Source of the DNA: Tubiluchus corallicola
Lineage: Eukaryota; Animalia; Priapulida
DNA: 64,000 nucleotides
Assembly: GCA_030141605.1 (NCBI GenBank)
Contig: JAQGDQ010000611.1
Span: 1 to 64,000, forward strand
Direction: 5' to 3'
The notes under the pieces were generated by a model. It was not told the origin of the DNA. It did no database searches and saw only the letters and a list, made by a program, of their open reading frames with translations. The translations under genes and the position numbers were made by a program. Position 1 is the first letter of the stretch, and every line of letters begins with the position of its first letter. This document shows positions 26,001 to 35,698 of this stretch, one piece after another.

Positions 26001-27372
26001 TTTGTGGAAATCGCTACCACCAAAAACATCTGCCCACTCAGTTGTCCAATAGTTTCCGACCTCATGGACAAAGTCACCATACGATATAACTGACTACGTC
26101 GACAATACTACTTGCACGTCATATCAGTCTACGTGCCGTACCTGGAGTAAAGTTGCTGACCTCTTTTCGATACCTGCGAGAGTAGACGTAGGCATAGGTA
26201 TACGCTGGCTTCCTACAGTTATCATTACAAGCGATTAAACTGGCCCTCCCGCAGTACTTACTAACCTTGGCTAATGGCTGTTACCGTTTATAAGCTATAG
26301 AAAAGATCTTTTAATGCTAATGTTATTTTACTTCCACATTGGAACAAAAGGTAGAATACATAATGATATGCACAGCATAGAAGGGCCAAAAATGAGTAGA
26401 GTTTGTGTTTTCTTTCCAAACTTTGCAATTGGGATGACCAACCAACTGACAGACCAACTGAACAAACACCACACTCACATGACGCAAGCCACTGCACAAG
26501 TCTATTTATGTGGGAAGCTGAAATGGACGTTACAATTGTATTGTATACAATCCAATAGATACATTATTGCTTCTTACCTATACGATTTTTCTGTTTTTGA
26601 ACCTTCTTCCTAGTGTTGCTCCGTTTACACTTTTTTTGCCTGATAGCTAATACCGGATATCATCGAATATTTCCTCGAATTCGGATTCGGATTATAACCT
26701 GATAGGTTAGCTAAATTCGGATCGAATATGCGGATCAGTTCGGATAATGAAATTGGTAAAATAAATCTGTCATCTTAAAAGACCTAACCCGAATATGCAC
26801 AGTATTACCACATACAAACAAAGAAAGATGTGTGTAAAATTTTCGTTTTGAAAACACAGACATAGGTTAAAACGATCTCTAAGTTCGTCGGTAACATTTT
26901 ATTTACTTATTTTCTGCTGTTAAATTATTCGAAAACCATTTTCAGTTCAAATTACGAAAACCGGATAGCGAATATCAAATTTTTATAACAACCGGATAAT
27001 ATCGAATACGAATACCTGCAAAATCTCGCGAATATCGCCATTTTCGGATACGCATCGGAGCAACACTACTTCTTACAATACAGCAGGTATGTGGCAGGTA
27101 TGTAGGCACAATGTAAATGGTAAAAGGTTCTACAGACAACTTAAATACCCTAACCCTAACCTTAATTAAATCCTAACCTAATCCTAATTCTTAACCTTAA
27201 TCCGGTTCGCGAACTAATTTCTTGCGTGTGGAGAAACGTAATAATCAGCCTGTAAATATTTAATGCCAAATGTATCACTTGGGATAGTTTTTTCAAATTT
27301 TGTTTACTCACCGTAGACTATTAAAAACAAGACGAAAACGCAGGCTTCTTGTCCTAAACGCCAAACGGCCAT
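16890..27372 (-). CDS. nAChRalpha: Nicotinic acetylcholine receptor alpha subunit, complete, 472 aa, 6 coding exons
   Basis: Join 27372-27312, 24028-23889, 22692-22648, 21306-21197, 20654-19733, 17030-16890 = 1419 nt, all GT-AG and in frame. Signal peptide, [25 protein letters not shown] (loop A), Cys-loop [21 protein letters not shown] (loop B), YSCC..Y (loop C, alpha-defining), GEK before TM2 (cation-type), [18 protein letters not shown]4. Confidence 0.95.
17280..17940. mobile_element. Two adjacent fragments of dispersed non-autonomous DNA elements with ...CCTTTAA ends (Kolobok-like)
   Basis: 17280-17760 has homologues at about 30930-31390, 39140-40090 and 42520-42830; 17760-17940 matches 60450-60626; ends read TTAAAGG on the opposite strand. 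Confidence 0.55.
18523..19573. mobile_element. Old hAT-like element with a nested fragment of the 41.3-kb repeat
   Basis: TSD CCTGGTCA (18515) / CCTAGTCA (19574); degenerate TIR TACGGATGTAACGAT / ATCATTAAACATTTCTA; ATCGAT/GTATC subrepeats; about 18990-19150 is homologous to 41640-41795. Confidence 0.6.
19733..20654 (-). CDS. nAChRalpha: nAChR alpha exon 5 (Cys-loop to intracellular loop, TM1-3)
   Basis: 922 bp, CTTTGCAG acceptor, GTAAGC donor; overlaps ORF 19679..20629. Confidence 0.95.
21197..21306 (-). CDS. nAChRalpha: nAChR alpha exon 4 ([37 protein letters not shown])
   Basis: 110 bp, the conserved nAChR exon size; canonical sites. Confidence 0.95.
21430..22450. repeat. 29-bp minisatellite in nAChR intron 3
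   Basis: Unit CAAAAATGAACTAGGAAACATGGCTTCAA, about 20 homogeneous copies at 21870-22450, preceded by diverged copies. Confidence 0.95.
22648..22692 (-). CDS. nAChRalpha: nAChR alpha exon 3 ([15 protein letters not shown])
   Basis: 45 bp, the conserved nAChR exon size; loop D Trp. Confidence 0.93.
23431..23936 (-). repeat. 56-bp tandem array made of the 3' end and donor site of nAChR exon 2
   Basis: Nine copies, donors at 23883 (true), 23826, 23770, 23714, 23658, 23600, 23544, 23487, 23431. Confidence 0.95.
23889..24028 (-). CDS. nAChRalpha: nAChR alpha exon 2 ([47 protein letters not shown])
   Basis: 140 bp, TTTGTAG acceptor, GTGAGT donor. Confidence 0.93.
26611..27068. mobile_element. hAT MITE in nAChR intron 1
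   Basis: Perfect 13-bp TIR TAGTGTTGCTCCG / CGGAGCAACACTA; 8-bp TSD CTTCTTCC / CTTCTTAC; CGGATA/CGAATA subrepeats. Confidence 0.85.
27312..27372 (-). CDS. nAChRalpha: nAChR alpha exon 1, signal peptide ([20 protein letters not shown])
   Basis: ATG, hydrophobic core, phase-1 GTGAGT donor compatible with exon 2. Confidence 0.8.
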
Positions 27373-27991
27373 TCTACGATTTCCAAGCAAACTGCTCGAT
27401 ATTCCTACACATTCAAGTTTTGTTTACACATAAACTCCATTTCGTGTAAATTCGACAACAACACTGAGCCTAATGGTGAACACATCACGCTAACCGTGCA
27501 CACAGATTCCGGGTAAGGCGCATTTTTCATAATGTATTCCGTTACAGTCGAATTCTACTGGTGGTAAAACCAGCAGTCTGTTGCGTACCGTGCACTCAGC
27601 TCTCGTCTTCATATATCAGTTATTGTAGTTAGCTGCAGCAGGCGATGGCTTCATTGCCATACTGTAGCACTTCGCACGAAAACTCGAGATTCTTTCACAT
27701 ACTCAGCAGGCGTCCCAACAATGGCGATCCTTCTGCGCATGCGCGAGAAGGCAGAGCCATAGTTCGGCTTCCTTAGCAGCAGCTGCTGCTGTCTGTGGGC
27801 CATTCCGTGGTTATAAGTTTGTGGGCTTTTGTTAGCTTTGGGTTCAATGTTAAATAGTCAAGCCATTCCATGCATAGTAACAAGCGCGCGGTGTAGTTAT
27901 TGCACATAAACAATTTGGATTACTCAAACTGCAATAACTTCCACACTATGACGTCCTAAATATAAGGACGATGAAAGATTTATCATTGTTT

Positions 27992-29277
27992 GCGCATTCA
28001 GACTAGAGCGAGTTTTATCGTCGAGTTAACTCGCCAAGTTACTCGTCAAGTAACTCGCAAGCGTGTAGAGACTAAAGAACAAAACTTGCTGCAAGTTACC
28101 ACTCTCCAACAGTAAGCGTGAGCTGACACTCACTTCTCTACTTGAAGTTGGGTACGGCAGGGAGGAAACATGTCCCCTCTTCTGTTTAACTTCTACTTTA
28201 GAGAACTTAGTGAAAATCTAGCCTCTAGTAATCTTGGATGTCAAATTGCAGATATTTATTACAGTCATATGACATACGCTGACGATATTTGCCTATTAAG
28301 TACTACGACAACTGCTCTGGTGAAATTATATGATATATATGTTGATTATACAGCAAAATTTGATATTTTAATTAATGTTGACAAAACTAAGCTTCTGACT
28401 ATAACACCTTCCAATATGAGCAACTTTGAGTTCCCAACAGTTAAGTTAGCTGAATCTGTTATTGGGCCTTGTGATAATGAAAAATATCTTGGTCACATCA
28501 TTTCTAGGGACAACAGAGACGACATACGACAAGTAGGCATTTATTACTCTCGAACAAATAAGCTATGCCGTAAATTTTACTATTGCACCAATGCTGTAAA
28601 CACGTCTATTCAATACTTATTGTAATAGCTTCTACTGTAGTCACCTGGTGGCATTTTCATAATTATAATCTGAACAAACTTAAGGTTGTTCATAATAAAT
28701 CAATGCGAAAATTTTTCAATTATGAGTTCGATCACAGTGCCAGGGGTATTTCTGTGACGCATAAATTAGTGTACTTTGATGTTATTTACAGGAAAAGCAT
28801 TTACAGTCTGAATACTAGAATTTCAAACAGTGAAAACTTGTTATGTAGAACGATATTCGGTAGTGATATTTTATTTACTTCTAGTGTAAGAAAGATTTGG
28901 AGAAGGATATTGTATGCTTAATTTTTTACATTGTTGATATTCATTGATATAATGATTGAAGCCAATGCGAAATGTTATTATTATTTTTTTGTAATGTTGT
29001 TTACTTTGTGTGCTTGTGTGTTTATTTACTTGTAGTTTCGTTGTATATATTGTTAATGTTGTACTAATATGATATGAACGAAAGTTTGAAATAAAGAAGT
29101 CAATCAAATCAAATCAAATCTATTCATAGTAACTCGTTGAGGCGTTCACATTAAAGAGCAACTCGCAGGAAATCAACTCCTAACAACTGTCGGAGAGTTT
29201 GCGATGTTTTGAGGATAGTAACTTGCAAAGCAGTTCAAACTTGCGAGAGAGAAAGCTCGCTATTATGAACTCGCCGG
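27992..29277. mobile_element. PIF/Harbinger-like MITE split by a LINE insertion
   Basis: Ends related to GGCGCGTTCAGACTAGCGAG; family copies at about 34226-34480 and 47030-47178; the flanks of the LINE are nearly contiguous in the 34.3-kb copy. Confidence 0.55.
28141..29120 (+). mobile_element. 5'-truncated LINE with reverse transcriptase remnant
   Basis: GVRQGGNMSPLLFNFY...YADDICLL...KYLG RT motifs (ORF 28170..28625), frameshifted C-terminus (28583..28921), AATAAA then (TCAAA)n tail. Confidence 0.9.
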
Positions 29278-30929
29278 TTATAGTGCAGAGTAGTATCAGA
29301 CATCGTAACTTCGGTCTTCGCTGCACTGATGTAAATCATCATGCGTAACTTTATCGGTGAACTTGATCAAGCATATTTAAGTTTTCATTGAATTAATTTA
29401 AAACATCTAATTGATTAAAAAAATCTGAATGAGTTACTATATGAATGACTTTAAAACACTATATGTTTGATAGGGCATATGAACGTTTCTAATGAGCTGG
29501 TAATACATTTATGCCTTCTTAGATGTCATCTAACTGAGTTATTTTGACTCCAGTGCTGCCATTTTGAATGACCTTGACCTTAAATGACCTTGAAATTTTT
29601 CGGATAGGGCATGTGCATGTTTCTATCAGCTGATAATACTTTTATGCTATCTTAAATGCCACCCAGCTGAATTATTTTAACTTTGAAGCAACTTTGGCGG
29701 CCATTTTGATTTAAAGCTCCATAACTACATTCGCCAAAACGGATTTATGCGGATTTTTAATTTGTTATTCTAGACGACTTTCTGGGTGCCTGTGCAATAA
29801 TACAGCCATTATTTTTGTTCTTGTCATACTTTGTATGTTGACCAAACAAGATTGTAATATGTACATGAATCTTTGCAAATTTATAACCCTGCAGTACTAC
29901 ACAGAAATGTGTACGAAAAATTGATTTATTCTCCATATTTTATTACAGCAGTTTATCAAATCTTCATCTCGCTTTACAATACTATAACGAAGAGCGGATG
30001 GTGCTGGTACACCGACTGTCTCATAGTTGAGAAGAAAACGTAAAAAACAGTAGAAAGAGTAAAATTACTGATTTAAGTAACACGCCAGATGTCTACTCCA
30101 TTGTGCTCCATGCCGGTTGTCATTACGGAGCAGGTGCTGAGATGGAAGACCTGCACCTGCACGTCAGCCCAGCGAATCGACGAGGTCATTCCATACCAGC
30201 TACTTATAGCTGCTATTCAACGCTGATATGCAATGGCTTCGCAATGGATCGAACCATCACAATGTAGAGGAGGGCGAAAATAAATGGCATTTCGCCCCCG
30301 TAACACTACCAATTTACTAGTAGATTGTTAGGCCTAATCAGCAAGTTACCTTGTAAATGTATTCTTATTATTACTGTTGTTGTTGTTTAAATGTTGTCTA
30401 TAAATCTTTATATTATTTATGTAAATTTTTGATTATTTATTATCTCTGGACTGTAATTGAGCGAATTATTTGATCAAATGAAGTGTAACATTAGTTGTGA
30501 TGTTCATTATTCTTTTATTAACACCTGGAAGTCTCCACTTGCACCGTGGAGACACCTGTATCAGAAATTCTGTAGTCTGTATTGTAAATAAACTTTAAAT
30601 GAATGAACTTTCGTTTTGCAAACCTGGCCTATCCTTATTACATCTGCGCAGGAACCTCTTTTAAGGCAACGACTTGACCAGATAGTTGAGGAACTCCCTT
30701 AACTCATGTGAAGTTATTTGGAAACTACTGTCAAAAATCACTGAAGAGTGAAAATAAAATTCGATCACCTTGGTGCCCTAGAAATGAAAACCGGTGCAAG
30801 TCCAAGTACCGTTGAAGAATCCAGAAAGTACCGTCCGGATTGAGAGAATCAGTATCTATGACGTCAGAAACATGTAGGAAAGGGTTAAAGTACAATAAAA
30901 CGTGTTAAAGTTAAGTTAAAGCATAAGTT

Positions 30930-31390
30930 AAATCATTTACATAAAGCTAAAAAATTCGCCTCGAAATTTTTGTGTCACCTACGTACTGCCTTATTCCGCA
31001 CGTGGCTTACATTAGCAGTAACGCTGTGTAAAATTTGTAAATTAAAGCTCCCCCATTGTAACGGTAGGTCGTATCAAAAAGTTTAAATAACATTGTACAA
31101 AAAATAATCAGTGTATTTGTAGCGCAAACGTCACTAACTAAGCAAAGCAAAAGTATAAACTACAGTATCTTGTCAATAAGATTAAAAATACGTTTTTGGT
31201 GAGTCAGTGATGTACACTGGGAAGGTGAACCAGTGGCGTTTTAGCAGTTGGCGCGAACAATTTAAATTACTAAGAATTTTCTTTTCAATTCGCATGTCTC
31301 CTTTAAGCAGTTAAGCGTAATGGCAAGTAACGCAATACGTTGAAAGTTTCTTTGGGGGCATGCTTTAAAATTGCCCTTTCTTCCCCTTTA
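30930..31390. mobile_element. Kolobok-like non-autonomous element copy
   Basis: Homologous to 17280-17760; ends GCCCTTTCTTCCCCTTTAA. Confidence 0.55.
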
Positions 31391-32229
31391 ACGATATTTA
31401 GAAAGTTCCAGAGTTCAAAGAAAAACTGAAATGAAAAATATTTGCCATACATATCTCCAAAATGAATCAGAATAATTTATTGTCTCTTTACAGCTCACAT
31501 ACACAAATAACAACAATGTTCAAGTATAATTTACGAGAACAGAAGGACCATGCGGTCTTTGTTTCTGTCATCCCATGTTATGATGGGTAAATTTGAGGTG
31601 CTGCTAGGATCATTTACAAAATTCCAAATCAAAAAATCATAATGGTTGCATACTCAAGAATATTTTGCAAAAAAAATAGCATAAACTATTTTAAGCAAAC
31701 TAAATCATAACAAATCAAACTAATGTTAACAAAAAAAACAAAAACAAAAAAGTGCAACTGAAATTATCATTTGCATTTATTTACTGTAATGTGCTGCCAT
31801 CTCCCGGCAAAGCGAATAACTTACGTAAAGTCTCGTAAGCGATCCTTTGTTTGAAACATGGAATATTCGCTACGGTGTTCAGGGTGACATTCTCTTTCAG
31901 AAAACAAATCGAATCATTTGTGATTTTCGAACTCGAATCAAACGGAAATTCGAGGTTTCGAATCCAAATTCGATATCTTTAATAATAAGAATTCGTTGAT
32001 TTTATTTCGCAGTAAAAACACTAGTCATTTGTTTTAAAGCAAAACCGGGCCCAGTCTTAAACTGTAGGTCAAAACAATCTACTCTTTAAAATATTGAAAG
32101 GAAACATACTACTTTTTCAAAAATTACTAACGTGAAACAATTATTACCATCAAACACTGGCTCTCCGATATTACATGCATTTCGCCATTCGCTAGTTAGA
32201 CGGGCCCTAGCACCTGCATTTTAGAAACG

Positions 32230-32683
32230 CACTGCACAAAAACAGGTGCTGTACCTCTTAGTTCGAATGTGCTGGTTTCTAACGAACTACACACGTGCGA
32301 CAGCTCATGCGTGAGCACAGCGGTAAATTTGAAATTTCAATTTTTATCTTAAAACTTGTCTAGTTTTATTATTTCTATAATAAATGAATTTTTGTCTTAA
32401 AACAGTGTTTTAGTACAACACACTGAATATCTTACAGTAGCGCTGTACTTCAATTTTCTCTTTCACAAACACGTGCTACACGCTCGTAGAATATTTTTGC
32501 TGTTGAAAATTATGTTAGTTTGTGATGTCATCAATATTTCGGCTCGCCCGTCGTTAATTAAGTTTTTAATTTATTATTTAATTTTCAGAAACACTTTTGC
32601 ACTATTAATTGTGTTAAAATGTATAATTTTTAACAGACTTGAAAATGGGGTAGTGTATGAAAAATCATCCTGTCTTCCTTTAA
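32230..32683. mobile_element. Kolobok-like element end, inverse copy of 48290-48660
   Basis: GGGGTAGTGTATGAAAAATCATCCTGTCTTCCTTTAA is the reverse-complement homologue of TTAAAGGAAAGCAGGATGATTTTTCATATACTACCCC. Confidence 0.55.
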
Positions 32684-33149
32684 CAAATTTTTAAATCTAT
32701 AATCAATAAATCTTCCTTTAAAATTTGTGCACAAAAATCGCAGCTAAATTATGCTGACTACATTCTGTGTCGAACATTTTCATAATTAAGACGGTATGTA
32801 TTTGTAGCGATGAATTGTTCGAATCTATAATCTTTGGTTCGAATCGATTTCAAACTAAAAAAAGCTTGTTGAATCGAATTCGAACGTTTAGTGCTCACCC
32901 CCTAATGTTGATATTATGCTCAAACGTCTCTTCAGCGGCTTAGAAACCGAAAACGCCAAGCTGGATGAGGATTACGGATGAAACAGCTTTCAGCAATTAT
33001 GAATTAAGCTGGAAAACTTATATTTTGATAAAAGTTTACATGTCTGAAGTGCTTGTATATCTCGTCGATAGGTGGCGATGCATACTTCCATTTTATTGAC
33101 CGGCCAAGTTTCTTATGCCTGCCCAGTGCCCACTGACTGGTAATGGGTG

Positions 33150-33548
33150 TATGATGATGACGATATCATAATTAATAACATGACGACGACGATGATGATG
33201 ATCGTGATGATGATAATGATGATGATGATCGTGACGATGGTGATGATGATGGTGGTGATGATAATGATGATGATGATGATGATGATGAATATGGCGATGA
33301 TGATGATGATGTTGTTGTTAATGACGATGATGATGATGATGACTATGACGACGACGATGATGATGATGATGATAATGACTGTGACGATGATAATGATGAT
33401 GATTATGATGACGATGGTGATGATGATGATGACGATGATGATGACTATGACGACGATGATGATGGTGATGATGATGATGATGATGATGATGATGACCGCG
33501 ATGATGATGATGATGATTATGATTATGATGCCACTGCTAATGATGTCA
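33150..33548. repeat. (GAT)n imperfect microsatellite
   Basis: Direct reading. Confidence 0.95.
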
Positions 33549-33974
33549 TCATATAACGTGCTGCGGCATGATTATTACTTATTCAAATTACTAGTAAAGT
33601 ATTAGTGACCAATACAAGACGTGTTAAAAGGAAATGCAATTATTCTAACTAGTTGAATTTTTTTGATTAATGTTTTAGGCTATGGTGCTTAACAAAAATA
33701 AATCAGTCAATCAAAGAGTTATAATTATTTGCACTTTTCCCTGGGGTTTTTGAATTTACTCAAAAGGTTCGCTTCCGTTCAACCGCCTTCTCTTTTTCTT
33801 TCTCTGCTTATTCCATTTCCTTCCTTATTTTTTCTGATTTGTTCAACTTTTTATTGTTTTCTTTTTCTTTTTTCTTCTCCTTTTTTTCGTTTCTCTTTTC
33901 TTTCATTTATAGATTCCAGCTTTCTTCTTTCTCTTCCTCTGTTTCATCACTCTTTCCACTATTCTTTTGTTTAC

Positions 33975-34090
33975 TCGTTCATTCATCCATTCATTCATTC
34001 ACTCACTCATTCATTCATTCTTTCATTCATTCATTCACTCACTCATTCATTCACTCACTCACTCATTCATTCATTCATTCACTCACTCGT
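33975..34090. repeat. (TTCA/CTCA)n microsatellite
   Basis: Direct reading. Confidence 0.95.
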
Positions 34091-34346
34091 TTAGCCTTCC
34101 TTTTTTGTTTCTTTTTCCATGTCCCGTACCTGATGTGCAACCATGCCCATGCAGATGCACCTATCATGTACGGCATTATTAAGGTTTATCTAATCATAAT
34201 TTACCTTGCAGCTACTCTTTGTTACGGCCCGTTCAGACTAGCGAGCTTTCTCGCAATCATGTTCAGACTAGAGAGCAAGACTTGTTCGAGTTACTCTGAC
34301 AATAAGCACGAGCTGACGCTTACTTCTTTATTCAGAAATATATATA

Positions 34347-34440
34347 TGTGTAGTGTGAACGCCGCGACGAGTTACTCTCGCGATTTCTGAATATATTCAG
34401 AAATCGCGAGAGTAACTCGTCGCGGCGTTCACATTACACA
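34347..34440. repeat. 94-bp spacerless palindrome
   Basis: 47-bp arms centred at 34393/34394, one mismatch. Confidence 0.95.
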
Positions 34441-35551
34441 GTAAATCAACTGCCAGTAACTGTCGGAACGTTTGCAATAACTTGCCGACAGTCAGTCACA
34501 TAGCAGTTCACACATGCGCGTTTGCTGTCAGAGAGAAAACTCGCGAGTTAAACAAGAAATCAACAAAAACAGCTCGTGTTTGTGGCATAAAACGCACACG
34601 CTGCAAGTACCACGTCCACACGATTCGCACAATCCGCATATTCCGTATGCACGTGAAAACACCTTAAGAACTTCAAAGCATTTACAAAACAGTTCAATAA
34701 CGCAAAACAAGACTATTTTTGAAAAATCAATCATCTGATTTCTTTTGCTTCATATTCGTACTTTCTGATTTGCAACTCCAAAATACATCAGACTGATTCA
34801 TCTACAATTCTTTCATAAGTTATTTTTTGAAGTTTTGCTCGCGTAAAAATCAATACCAACGAGTGATGACTAAGTTCATACCAAGAACGAAAAGATAAAC
34901 AAGAAAGAAATAAGAATAAGAAAGTAGCAGCATAAGAAAGATAACGGCAAGAAGGAGAATAAAAACAGATAAATTGATGCATGAAGAGCTGGGGAGGAAA
35001 AGAGATAGGAAAAGAGAGAATTAAAAAGAAAACGAAAGGGAGGGAGTGGGAGCACAGAGAAAGAAAGAAAAGGGGAGAGACAAAGAGGAAATGCATTAGT
35101 AGAAACCACATAAGGAGTAAAGACAGGTGTATAATATAAAGAAAGTTATACATTGGAATTTTCAATTAATTTACACATTCATCGTCTTATGTACATTTTT
35201 ATATTTTTGAAAAATAGTTAATATTCTTTACTAGGGATTCAACACTGAAGAATTCAATTAGCGACTTTACAAAGAAACTAATCTCTTCTGTTAAGAATAA
35301 AAATCATCAAAGAATATGGCTTCTTTTACCTGCGCGAGCATTTTGGCATCATGCCAGAAAATGTGAAACGCGAAAATTTATTTTTGTAATTGCGTGAATC
35401 GACGTCATTTTCGATATTTTTGTAAACGAAACACATCGAGTTTTAATTAAGTTGTTAATCAACTGCTATAATAGTCTTCGTCCTGAAAAAGTGATTTCGA
35501 ATCAGAGGCACGCAGGTTCTTTGCTCGGAAATTGGAATCAGTGGCTGAAAA

Positions 35552-35698
35552 TTAGTCTGTGCTGCGTCCGTATCGCATCCCTAAGAAGTCGTAGTCGTTG
35601 TAGAGCTCGCCTCGCCCGAATCTTGAATACCCATAATCCAGACTTCCAAACCGCTTGTCGGGATGGCTGGAGTGAAGGTCAGTCATGTCATCTGTAAG
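35552..35698 (-). CDS. Peptide-encoding terminal exon of the SK/CCK-type precursor
   Basis: 147 bp; KR-FGSLDYGYSRF-GR-GELYNDYDFLGMRY-GR-STD*. Confidence 0.88.
   Translation of the reverse strand, partial: LTDDMTDLHSSHPDKRFGSLDYGYSRFGRGELYNDYDFLGMRYGRSTD

Noticed and set aside
25109-26285. Possible solo LTR (TGTAAC...GTTACC)
   Set aside because: One terminus is imperfect, there is no matching TSD and no second copy in the window.
33147-34390. Poly-Met and HSF-repeat ORFs
   Set aside because: Translations of (GAT)n and (TTCA)n microsatellites; the same applies to ORFs at 11.0, 42.2, 54.9, 55.6-57.3 and 58.8-59.4 kb.
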